This document shows, in pieces, positions 11,626 through 23,390 of a DNA stretch of 64,000 nt; position 1 is the stretch's first letter; each line of letters opens with the position of its first letter. Position numbers and translations under genes: made by a program. This DNA comes from Eledone cirrhosa (Eukaryota). A model generated the notes under the pieces. The model did not search any database, had not been told where the DNA came from, and saw nothing but the letters and a program-made list of their open reading frames with translations. The stretch is from NCBI GenBank assembly GCA_964016885.1, contig OZ024746.1, forward strand, positions 66,712,001 to 66,776,000, given 5' to 3'.

Positions 11626-14206
11626 ATGGCCGTATTAAGAGTAGGGTGTTTAAATGTTCGAGGCCTGGGATCGTCCTGGAAGCAGGGTCACCTGCTCAAC
11701 GACCTCAGGTCTATAAAAATGGATGTAATTGCAGTCAGCGAGACCAGGATTTCTGACACGCGCGCACTAGCCCCCATTTTCGACGACTATCAGATCTTTG
11801 CATCTGTTAGCCAGCCGGGAATGGGAGGCGGGCTGGCAGTGCTGTTTAGGAAAGGCCTGGATCTCGAGGTAAGGTCGATCTTCCGGGACCCGGACGGGAA
11901 GTTGGTGGTCCTGGACGTGAACAATAATGAAGGCAGTGCCTTTAGACTGGTGGCCGTCTATGCTCCTACTGGGACAGGACGGCCGGACTTCTTTAGACGC
12001 CTGGAAGCCTTTCTGGGTACGTCTTGACCTTTACTGTTAGCGGGGGACTGCAACGGCATCTTAGACGCACGCTGGGACTGTGTGAGAGTATCCGATAGGA
12101 GCGGGGGGTGCAAAAGCCTCAAGAACCTGATCAGCCATTTCCAACTGTCTGACAGGTACCGACTAGATTTCCCTAATGCGCCAGTGTGGACCTAAATATG
12201 CCAGAATTGTTCTCCAATCTCCTCGAAGCGCTCTACTGCAACTGGCAGCAAAACGGGAGTATTCCCAGTTCTGTGAGCCGGGGCGTAGTGACGCTGATAA
12301 GGAAAGACGAGAACAAGAGGGACATATTAGACAATTTCAGGCCCATAACTCTGCTCAACACAGAGTTTAAGATTTTGGCCAGGTTGTTAGCGAAGAGGTT
12401 GGCGCTTGTCGTCGGGGATTTGGTTGGGGAGACGCAAACTTGCGCAATCCCAACCAGGTCCATACACGACAACCTCCACCTAATGCGATACATCATAGAG
12501 AGGGTAGGTGTAAACCTGGGTTCGGTGGGGCTCTGATCAATTTAGAACAATCGAAAGCATTCGATAGGGTCGACCATCGGTACCTGGAGGCTGTCCTCAA
12601 GGCGGCTGGCTTCAGCCCCGTCTTCAGAAGCTGGATCGCTGCAATGCACAGCGGCACCTGCTCGATCGTCAAAATTAATGGCCACCTCTCGGAGCCGTTT
12701 CAGGTCTCCCGATCGGTCCGTCAAGGGAGCCCTCTCTCCTCCCTTCTGTACGTATTGACTCTCGAGCCTTTACTGCGGAAGCTGGAGCTGTTGCAGGGCA
12801 TCCCGCTCGAACCGGGACGCAGAAAGGCTGTGTCGGTTTATGCGGACGACATCGCCGTGATGGTGTCGGACACCTCAGAAATCGAGGTGGTCGGCAACTT
12901 ATTGGAGGAATATGAAAGGTTGACGGGAGCAAAACTTAACCGAGAAAAGTCAGTGGGCTTGCAACTCGGCACCTGGAGAGGCAAGTCCATGCCGTCCAAC
13001 AGCGTCGTTAGGCGCTGGACGGACGGACCGGTAAAGTTGCTAGGGGTTTGGTTCGGGCCAGACCTCCAGGTGGATAAGATTTGGGACGAGGTGACGGGCA
13101 GGGTAGTCTGTCTCACCCAGAAATGGGCGGGGATGAAGCTATCACTGAAAGGTCGGGCGGAGGTGGCGAACGCGTACATCGCGTCCGTCATCTACTACCG
13201 TCTGACTGTCGTCCCTTGCCCCCGTTCGCGGCTCGCCATCTTGGAGCGGCTCCTCTTCAAATTCTTGTGGAGGAGTCAAGTTCCGCTGGTGAGGCGGTCC
13301 ATCTGCTGCCAGCACCCTCTACGTGGAGGGCTGGGCATGCCGTGGCTAATGATGCGCAGGCACGCGCTGAGGCTGCGGCATCTCCAGATATTCTGCCTAA
13401 ACGGTGAACAGGTGTGGTCGCAGTTTGTCAGACGGGCCTCTCCGCAGCTCGTTTATTTGACTGAGTTGCAGTCCTGGGTCAAGAAGAGACCGAGACTGGG
13501 TGACTGGCATCTGGAATGTTGCCAGGCCCTCACTGCCCTCTACCAGGCGGGCAATGCAGTCAGTGGAACTTCCACTCTCGAGTTCTATAGAGGATTAGTG
13601 GTGGGCACGTGCGACGAGGCACTCGGAGAGCCTCTGGGAGTCAACGAAGTCGAACTAACCAGTCTGTACCGGAGGACTTTCGAGCCGGGGACGATGGATA
13701 ATTTCCAAAAATCCCTCGCTTGGCAGTGCTACCGGGGGACACTGCCGGTTCGAGATAAACTCTACAGGCACGGAAGTGCTGTCAGACGGACCTGCCCGAG
13801 ATGCGCGCAGAGTGACGAAACCGTTCTGCACGCACTCGTCCAGTGTCCGTGCATTACTGACTTGTGGCGTTATGTTGAACAGCTGTTGTCGCGTGTAGAA
13901 CGGATCCGGCTATCGGGCGAGTCCATAGTGAAGATCGACCCACCGCCTTCTTTTGGCCAGGAAGGGCAAGCAATTTTCCTCTGTCTGGTGGCAGTAGCGA
14001 AAGAGGTTGTATGGTGGACGAGGTTGATAGGACTGAAGACAGACACTTTTCTCTTCGGCCAATCCCTCATCAATTTTTCAAGTTTCACTTGGAAAGGAAG
14101 GTGAGGGTGGAGAGAGAAGTGCTGCCCCAGTAAATTTGCTGAAGGGTGCGTGAATGTGGCGAGAATGGCCCGTGTGAGTAGGCCTACTCTGGTCATGCGG
14201 CTGTAG
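11626..14206 (+). pseudogene. ORF2 (APE-RT-zinc finger) of Tx1-B, disrupted
   Basis: Pieces 11626-12027, 12186-12536 and 12440-14104 are homologous to ORF2 of copy A2; stop at 12025, deletion at ~12191, frameshifts. Confidence 0.88.
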
Positions 14207-14482
14207 GTAGGTAAATGTGAAGAGGAGAGGGGTGCCCTTCCAGGGTTCGCTCGAAGCGTCGGGTCGTTCAGGACTGGTTGGGTACCTGAGCGAACCCTAG
14301 GTGGTCATCTCCCTCTATTGGGGAATATTTTCTTGTAATTTTCTTGTTACTTTATTGTGACCTTGTTATTGTTACTTTGTTATTGTTATTTATATTGTTT
14401 ACTCGATTTTTCTGTAAAACCCCACTGTCTCAGTCTTTTGTATTGTCCCCTATATGTCGGCCATTGTGGCCAATAAATGAAA

Positions 14483-14517
<35 letters not shown>

Positions 14518-14731
14518 GAATACCATGGTTGACGGAGGCTCGGCTCTGTAAGGTATAGTAATTTTTAACCGTTAAAACAATTGTAAATTGTTTAAAACTT
14601 GAACCAAATTGTTGATAAAGACACCCTCCTCCTCGTGAGAGGGGTCTTTCTGTCCGTCATTTGGCCCTTCGGGGCTAAATAACCAGTTATTGGGGTTTTG
14701 TACCCAATATTCATTTTAAACAAAAAACAAC

Positions 14732-16814
14732 ATGGCTACGAAAAAGAAATTTCATACGTCACTCCCACTCATTCCGTCTTCTTCTTCGTCAATCATCACT
14801 ACAGCAGAGAGAAGATTGTCTCTCTCCCTCCCTTCTTTAAATGTGTCTCTCTCCCTCCCTTCTCTTTCGCAAGTGACGAAAGAAAAGAAAAGTCTCGTGC
14901 AAAGCGTGCAAAGTTTCTCCACGACGACGACGACAGCGACGAAACAGGTGTGCGGGAAATACGAAAACCCAGTTCATTCGTCTGACGTCAGGAATAATAG
15001 CAGTAGCAGCCGTAATAACAACAGCAACAGTGACAATGAAAACAACAGTAGCAGCCGCAACAGCATCACCAGCAGCATAAACAACAACAGCATTAGCAGC
15101 AGCAACACCAACAACAACCACAGCAACAGCGGCGGAGGCAGTAGTCGTAGTACCTGCAGCAACAACAAAAGTACCAGCAGCTCTGACGACAACAACAACA
15201 GCAGAGAAAAACCAATCTCATTTGCAGGTATTGCGAAAAACTTGGAAACAATCCTCATAACAAATGAGGAATTAGAGGAAGCGAAGAAGATGGTTACAAA
15301 AAACGGACACCGAGCAATCTGCAAGGCAGCGGAAAAATTTTTCGAAACCCAAGAGCACTGTACGGTCACGTACCGTACAGTAAGTACAAAATCCCGTAGG
15401 GTGGAAAGAGCCACAGAGGCCCAAATACAAAAAGCCTTGGGGTCTGTGTGGCAGCGGAAAACGCACATCACCCGAGGCAAAAAATATGCCACCGTAGACG
15501 TACTTTTTGCCACACCCCAGGAGGCAAAGGCCCAATCAGTAGTGACCCTAAGGAGCGAGGAAATGGTGTTGGTGCCCTCCTACTGTGGGCAAAAAATTGT
15601 GAGGGTCAAACTAACCCACGTCCCCCCCCCCCGGAATGACCCCTTCTTGGCTGGCCGCGTCTGTCCTCGTCGGAATCGAGGACAAAACAACTGTACTGCA
15701 AGTACAGAAAAAAGTACGAGAAGATTGGGTCGGCTCCTCCATTGAGATGCTAATCCAAACCAACCAGGAGTGCATCGAAGCTATCCCGGATGTGATAGAC
15801 TTCGATAACGGCACTCAACTGCCCATAAGTGTTGAGGGCAAACGCCCGAAATGCTTTCGCTGTGGATCGAAGACTCACCTCAGGGCCTTCTGCAACGAGA
15901 AGACCCTGAGAAAGGAGAAAACCCCCCTCCTTCCGAATCCGGCTCCACGGCTACCAGCAACAGGACAAGCGGCAACCAGGAACGATAGGTCCGTGGCACC
16001 CATACCCACTCCACGGAAATCAAAAACAGCAGCAGCAGTGGAAATATTAACAACAACAACAGCAATACCAAATGCAGCTGCAACAGAGACTCCAGTGCAA
16101 ACATCACCAACAACAAGTGAAAGAGTGGAGCTGGTACCCCTCCCCGACCTCACAGAATCAGACATGGAGTGTGAGGTGGGAGAGGGATGGCAAAAGGTCG
16201 TAAGAAGACACAAACGCAGAAGCAGCGCATCGTCGCCTTTGAAAAGGGAGGAAAGAAATGAGAAAAGGGTAAAGTCTACTGCAAAGAGACCCACAGCAGC
16301 AACAACACCAACACCATCACCACCCACACCAGCACCACCATCACCACCGCCAACAACACCTTTAACACCACCACCACAAGCACCAACATCGCAAACACAA
16401 CAACAAAACACACACACCCAGCAACAACGACAAGAAAATAGTAGAACCACACCCCACCCCCAGAAAAACAAATGCACGGCAATAAATACACACAACAAGA
16501 AACTAATGACTTACATAATTGAACACACAGACATTTCCCAACAGGACTACATAATACCAGCACCAATCAAAACGCCAACTAACATAAGACTGCTAAAAAT
16601 AGCACAGAAACAATACACAAACATTAAAACGAAATTCCCCAACGCAGTTGGTGATTTCAGGGACCTAGGAGGAACCATCAATCGAAGAGTATACTCAGAC
16701 ATTCTCTTAGAAGAGCCGACGACCAGCCGAAGGGACGATTCAACGGTCCCTTCACCAGACGATCAAGTGAAAAGGGATGTAAAAACCATCCCTCCTCTAC
16801 CAAAAGTACGGTAA
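14732..16814 (+). pseudogene. ORF1 gag-like protein (Asn/Ser-rich N-terminus, CFRCGSKTHLRAFC CCHC knuckle, Pro/Thr-rich tail); one frameshift in a C11 tract
   Basis: ORFs 14732-15745 and 15636-16814 join if one C is removed from the run at 15622-15632. Confidence 0.87.
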
Positions 16815-16849
16815 GTGGTCTTTCCCATCTTTTCCACTCTATTTTAAAC

Positions 16850-19800
16850 ATGACCTCACTCAGAATAGGCAGCATAAATGCGCGTGGCTTGGGGTCGTCA
16901 TGGAAGCAGGGTCACCTGCTCAACGACCTCAGGTCACTAAACATAGATGTAGTGGCCATCAGCGAGACCAGAATCTCCGAAGCACGGGCCTTCGCACCGA
17001 TCTTCGGCGGCTACGATGTGTACGCATCTCCCAGCCGTCCTGGATCCGGTGGAGGAGTTGCTGTGCTTTTTCGGAGAGGTTTGGATCTCGCCATACGGGC
17101 CATCTTCCTGGACCCAGAGGGTAAGCTGGTGGTGCTGGACGTGACCAGCGGAGACGGGCAAGCTTTCAGGCTAGTGGCCGTCTATGCCCCGACAGGAGCA
17201 GGGCGGCCTGATTTCTTCCGGCGTCTGGAGAACTTTCTTGGAACGTCCCGCTCTTTAGTGTTAGTGGGCGACTGGAACGGGATCTTAGATGCACGCTGGG
17301 ACTGTGTAGGATTAGCGGATAGGGGTGGAGGGTGCAAGAGCCTCACCAACCTGCTCAGGCGTTTTGAACTGTCTGACAGGTACCGATTGGATTTCCCGAA
17401 TGTGCCAATGTGGACTTGGACAAACCGCATAGGGTCATCCAGATCATATCTAGATAGAGTATTTTGTAGGGAAATAGATAGGTCTAGCATAGGCTGTCCA
17501 CAATTCAAGATAGTCAGCTACACGGACCACAAATTCGTGACCTGTGTGCTTGACTTAGATAGGCTTCATAGACGAGGACCCGGCTACTGGAAGCTAAACG
17601 CGTCCTTACCAGCGCGCAAGGCCTACAGAGACCGGATTAGCGAACTAGTTAAGCGGGCGTTGACGGGGGCCATCGTCAACAACAAGTGGTGGTTTGCTCT
17701 GAAAAGAGCGATTAGAATAGAATCGATTAGGTTTAGTAAGGCTTTAGCAATAGAGAAAAATAGAGCAGAGGGAGAACTAGTTAGAAAATTAGACGAGGCG
17801 CTTAGCAAAGGCATTGCGACCGACGTGCTTGCGGCAAAATTGGCCCTTGACCAATTCTTCAATGCAAAGCACGAAGGCTGCGTTGTCAGAGCTAGGGTGC
17901 GTGCTCTCAGACACGAGGGGACGAAAGCCGTTCAATGGGCCCGAGTGGCGGAGGCGCGTCGTGGCAACAAAGCCACGATCCGGTCTTTGGTGGACCACGA
18001 CGGGCGCATGCTACTCGATCCCGGGCAAATGTGTGAAGCTTTTCAGCGACACTTCGCTCAGCTGTTCGGGGGAAGCGGGGGGCCGGGTAGAGGGATGGAC
18101 TTTAGTGTCTACCTCGACGGACTGCCGCGGCTCTCGGCCACTGAGGCGAAGTGTTGCGAAAAGCCGATAACAGCCGCTGAAGTACGGGAGGCAATGACTG
18201 GCTGCACAAGGGGTAAATCGCCTGGTTTGGATGGTCTGCCCTATGAACTTTACGTACAGATGCCAGACTTGTTCGGAGGCCTCTTGGCGGACGTCTACTG
18301 CAACTGGCAACAGAACGGGAGAATTCCCAGTTCTGTGAGCCGAGGAGCGGTGGGACTGCTGAGAAAGGATCCGAACAAGGGGGATAACATAGACAATTTC
18401 CGGCCCATAACTCTGCTAAACACATAGTTTAAGATTTTGGCCAAGGTGCTAGCAAAGAGGTTGGCGCTTGTCGTTGGTGGTCTGGTGGGAGAGGCGCAGA
18501 CATGCGCCATTCCCGACAGATCCATCCACGACAACCTCCACCTCATGCGATACATCGTAGAGAGGGTAGCTAGGGAACCTGGCACGGGTGGGTCCTTGAT
18601 CAATTTAGATCAGTCGAAAGCTTTCGATAGGGTCGACCATCGTTACCTAGCGGCAGTCCTGAGGGCGGCAGGCTTTGGGCCCGTCTTCAGAGGCTGGATC
18701 GCTGCCATGCACAGCGACATCTGCTCTGTGGTGAGAGTGAACGGTCACCTGTCGGAACCGTTCAACATCATGCGCTCGGTCCGCCAAGGATGTCCCCTCT
18801 CGTCCCTCTTGTACGTATTGACTCTCGAGCCATTATTGCACAAACTGGAGACGTTGAGGGGAGTCCCGCGCGAACTAGGATGCGGAAGATCCGTGTCAGC
18901 ATATGCGGACGATGTCACCGTAGTGGTGTCGAACGCCAAACACATCGAGGCGATCGGCACTACACTAAGAGAATACGAAGCGTTGACAGGAGCAATGATC
19001 AACCAGGAAAAGTCAGTGGGCCTGCAGCTCGGCACCTGGAGAGGCAGGTCCATGCCGTCCAACAGCGTCGTCGGGCGCTGGACGGACGGACCGGTTAAAT
19101 TGCTAGGGGTCTGGTTCGGTCCGGACCTCCAGACGGACAAAAACTGGGACGAGGTGACGAGCAGGGTGGCTTCTCTCACCCAGAAATGGGCGGAGAGGAA
19201 GCTATCCCTGAAAGGTCGAGCGGAGGTGGCTAACGCGTACATCGCGTCTGTCATCTGCTACCGCCTAACCGTCGTACCTTGTCCTAAGCCTCGCCTGACT
19301 GCGCTGGAGCGTTTGCTCTTTCGCTTTTTGTGGAAGGGACGTGCTCCGATGGTCAGGCGGTCCATCTGTTGTCAACACCCGCTACGTGGAGGGCTGGGCA
19401 TGCCGTGGCTGATGATGCGCAGGCACGCGCTCAGGCTACGACATCTCCACCTCTTCCTCGACGGTGATCAGGTGTGGTCGCCGTTTGCTAGACGCGTTTT
19501 TCCCCAGCTCGTTTCCTTGACGGAGCTGCAGTCCTGGGTCAAGCGAAGACCGAGAGGGAGCGCCTGGAGACTGGAATGTCTTCAGGCGCTCACAGCCCTC
19601 GACCAATCGGGCAATGTGATCGGTGGAAACTCCACCTCGGCGTTCTATAGAGGATTAGTGGAGGGGAAGAGCGACGACGTACTTGGTGAAACTCTAGGCG
19701 TCGACGAAAATCAACTAGCCAATCTCTTCGGAAGAACTTTCGGGCCAGGGCCTATGGACAACTTCCAGAAATCTCTGGCCTGGCAGTGCTACCGAGGAGC

Positions 19801-20269
19801 CTTGCCAGTTCGGGATAAACTCTACAGGCATGGAGGTGCCGTCAGCCGGGCATGTCCGAGATGCGCGCAGGGCGACGAAACCGTCCTGCACGCACTCGTC
19901 CAGTGTCCGAAAATTGCTGACTTGTGGATTTATGTCGAACACCTGCTGTCGCGTTTAGGACGGATCCAGCTATCATCTGAGTCTATCGTGAGGATTGCCC
20001 CGCCCTCCTCCTTTAGCCGGGAAGGGCAGGCAGTTTTTATCTGTCTGGTGGCCATGGCGAAAGAGATAGTATGGTGGACACGTTTGAAAGGGCTGAAGAC
20101 GAGCACTTACCTCTTCGGTGATGCTCTGATTGACTTTTTCAAATTTCATTTGAAAAGGAAAATCAGAGTAGAGAAGGAAGTGCTCTCTTCCCAGCATTTT
20201 GTTGAAAGATGGGTGAGAGAAGCAAGAATGGCCCGAGTGAATGGGCCGACTCTGAGTATATATCTGTAA
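16850..20269 (+). pseudogene. ORF2 APE endonuclease-reverse transcriptase-zinc finger, single in-frame stop
   Basis: ORFs 16850-18427 and 18437-20269 are in the same frame; TAG at 18425-18427 corresponds to GAG (Glu) in family B; motifs GDWN, LDRVF, TDH, PGYWKLN, KSPGLDG, DQSKAFDRV, QGCPLS, YADD, CPRC...H...C. Confidence 0.92.
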
Positions 20270-21386
20270 ACTAAAGGTGGAAAACTGGGAGAGGGCACTT
20301 GCCTTGGTGGTCAGGGTCATTGTGGCTTTTTACTGGGCTTTCTCCACAAATGTCCCTCCGAAGTCTCCCCCCTATTGGGGAATTTTTCATTGTTATTTTC
20401 ATTGTTATTTTTGTTACATCCTCTGTTTTTGTTTTTTTACACGCAGAAATGCCCATTTGTACCGTCCTGCATTGTCCTGCACTGTCCTTAATGTCTACTT
20501 TATGTAAACCCTTGTGGTTAATAAAGAAATCATTATTATTATTATTATTATTATTAGTAGTAGTAGTAGTAGTAGTAGTATGCAGCGGAAAAACGAATAT
20601 GGTGACGATGGCGATAATAAAAGCAAGTAGAAAAAATTAAGTAGGCAAAAAGTAAAGAGAAAAATAAATAAAAAAAGAAACAAACAATTAAAGAGAAATA
20701 ACCTATAGAACGTAGGAAGAAAAAATATAATAAAGCGACGTAGAACCAATTATAGCTGTAAAAATATTTGGTAAGCACGTTGAAGTAGGAACAGGAACAT
20801 ACAGGCACTTCAGAGTCCTAGAAGATAAAAGGTTTGTATGAAAAACTTAATAACCCATGCTGTTTTGAAGTCCAATGTATTAAAAACAAAGTCTCTATCG
20901 GTCAAACATGACAGGCCAGACAGAACTGAGGATTTAAAGAAAACATGTTTTAAACGATATATTTATTTATGTTTATACATAAAACGTTAACCACCGCACT
21001 AGATGACAGATGCTTTAATTGGAGGTGGGAGTTAATTTCTAACAATATTATTGACAGGTGATACACTAAAGTTTCTTTTTTGTCATTTATGTTTCCTCAT
21101 TATACTGACACTAAGGGGTAAGTTTTTAAAGAAAGATTGTATTCAACTCAAATGATTTAGATAATTAATGGCAACTATTTTATTACCTAAGTACAGAGGG
21201 AAAAATGGGCATTTATCTTTTTTTTAAATCGCCATTGACACAAGGGAAATAAAATAGTGTAATGATGTTAGTTCGTGCTCTATTACTACAGTCACTTCCT
21301 CTGTTTAGGAATATGGTAGCAGCCACTGAATTTACGTCAAATCATTACATTCTATCTGTTTAGAGTTTTCATTTCATTATATATAT

Positions 21387-21712
21387 ATGGCTCTGAACAT
21401 TAATCAGTATACACTGAGGATGAAAAACTCAGAGTTGTACAGGAACCTCCCAAGAATCAGATCAAAAGGAACACAGAGAAGACTGAGGTTAGCTAGACAT
21501 GCTCACCGACATCCAGAGTTGACATTGCACTCAGTGCTCCTGTGGAATCCCCTGCATGGACACACTGGAAGAGGATGACCGAAGTTAAGATATGTTGATA
21601 CTCTGAGTACAGACACTGGTCTGTTGGAGACGCAGGACATGGCAGCGATAACGAGGGACAGAGACCGCTGGAGAGAACTCGTCCATGGATATGGGGAATT
21701 TTATTCGCCCTA
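21387..21712 (+). mobile_element. RTE-type LINE 3' fragment
   Basis: Translation RRLRLARHAHRHPE...VLLWNP.HG..GRG.PKLRYVDTL..DTG...RDRDRWR is typical of the RTE C-terminus; second copy at 39933. Confidence 0.75.
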
Positions 21713-21748
21713 TATATATATTTATATATAAATGTGTGTGTATATATG

Positions 21749-21784
<36 letters not shown>

Positions 21785-21984
21785 AGTCGCCTTACTCGAA
21801 AACGAGTTGGCAGCCACCATGTATATATATTATATGTATGTTTATATATCGAAGGGCAAAGAAGCTCTTAAGAGTCAATGGTCAACCAAAATCACCGGGA
21901 GAGATGAGCCCTTAGCCTTTGTCAAGGCAGAATTCTAGGAGAAGGAAAACTCTGATATAACACCTGCAACCCTGATGGTATCCA

Positions 21985-22317
21985 ATGATGTTGACTTGTT
22001 CTTCTTTTTGGTAAATATCATCTTGGTTAAGAGAGTGGGACTGGCTTTGTGCAGTGCCTTTGCTCACTATAAAAGCTTCACGGCACAGGCATCGCTTTAT
22101 ACCTGGAGATCTCTCTGCACGTGTCGTCACATGGTACCATAGGCCCAGCACTATGTGTCAATAATTGTCACAAGTGTAGTGTTTGTACCAGAGTTTTCAA
22201 GTCGCTGGCTGGACTAAAAAGTCACACTTGTTCAACGCATCGGTAGGAGTTCTCCTACATGGATATAAAGTAGTGGCCGTACTGGAAAACGAGTTGGCAG
22301 CCACCATATATATATAG

Positions 22318-22399
<82 letters not shown>

Positions 22400-23314
22400 G
22401 AAGTAATTCCGTCGGAAAGGTCCAGGAAAAACAAGTGCTCTATGTAGGTAACAGGGCTTAATAGTTATGTAATAAAAACATAAGGCAATTATTTCATTTA
22501 CCAGTTGTTTCTTAAATGCAAACAAATTTTGCTATCAATCATCAGAATGAAAAAATCCTGGTGTATTTATTGGCATTGGATTTTAAATACAAAAATATAA
22601 TCTATATGAAAGTGAGGCTGGAAAAGGAAGAAGGAAAGGAAAAATAAACACACATGCACACGCACACACACACACACACAATTACAAACATACACATATA
22701 TATACATACACACATACATACACACACATATACACACACACACACATATATATATATGTGTATATATATATAGACATACACATATAAATACACATACATA
22801 CATACACACATAAATAATCAACATATCCATACATACACATACACACATATACATGCATATATATATATATATATGAACATACATATACATACATACACAC
22901 ACATACATATATATACACACATATATATATATATATATACATACACATACATACACATATATATATACACATACATACACACAATCATACATATATACAC
23001 ACGTACATACACACATATATAAACGCATACATACGCATGCACAAATATAGATATATGTACACACACCTACATACTCACACACACAAATAATTATAAGAAA
23101 AAATATAATAAGAAAAATACCGTCACGTAAGAGTAAAAATGAATATAAAAATGATTATAGTGTTGACAGCGATACATGCAACAAATAAATGAACAAATCA
23201 ACAAACGCACGTGGTAAGCAATACACACAATTGCACGTACACATACATATACAATTACATATACACCTACATACGCATACACATATATATACACACACAC
23301 ATATATACATATAT

Positions 23315-23390
<76 letters not shown>

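Larger units (their letters stand above)
9456..14484 (+). mobile_element. Tx1-clade LINE, family B (related to but distinct from A), degenerate, with ~0.84-kb internal deletion
   Basis: ORF1 with Asn-rich N-terminus and CLICREKTHLRAFC knuckle; ORF2 APE (CLNVRGL, AVSET), RT (FRPITLLN, KAFDRVDH, VRQGSPLS, YADD) and C-terminal CPRC..ETVLHAL..C; flanked by (ATT)n. Confidence 0.9.
14518..20531 (+). mobile_element. Tx1-clade LINE, family A, copy 2; full-length (~6.0 kb), nearly intact
   Basis: 5' UTR, ORF1, ORF2 and 3' UTR all present; preceded by (ATT)n 14485-14517 and followed by (ATT)n(AGT)n 20532-20580. Confidence 0.93.

Noticed and set aside
14617-14690. CCTCCTCGTG as the L3 of an HDV-like ribozyme in the Tx1-A leader
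   Set aside because: Folds better as a simple hairpin, P1/P2 partners were not found, and the motif is altered in copy A1
6736-20320. Numerous minus-strand ORFs over the Tx1 elements (poly-Leu/Val etc.)
   Set aside because: Shadow frames of GC-rich or triplet-repeat coding sequence on the plus strand
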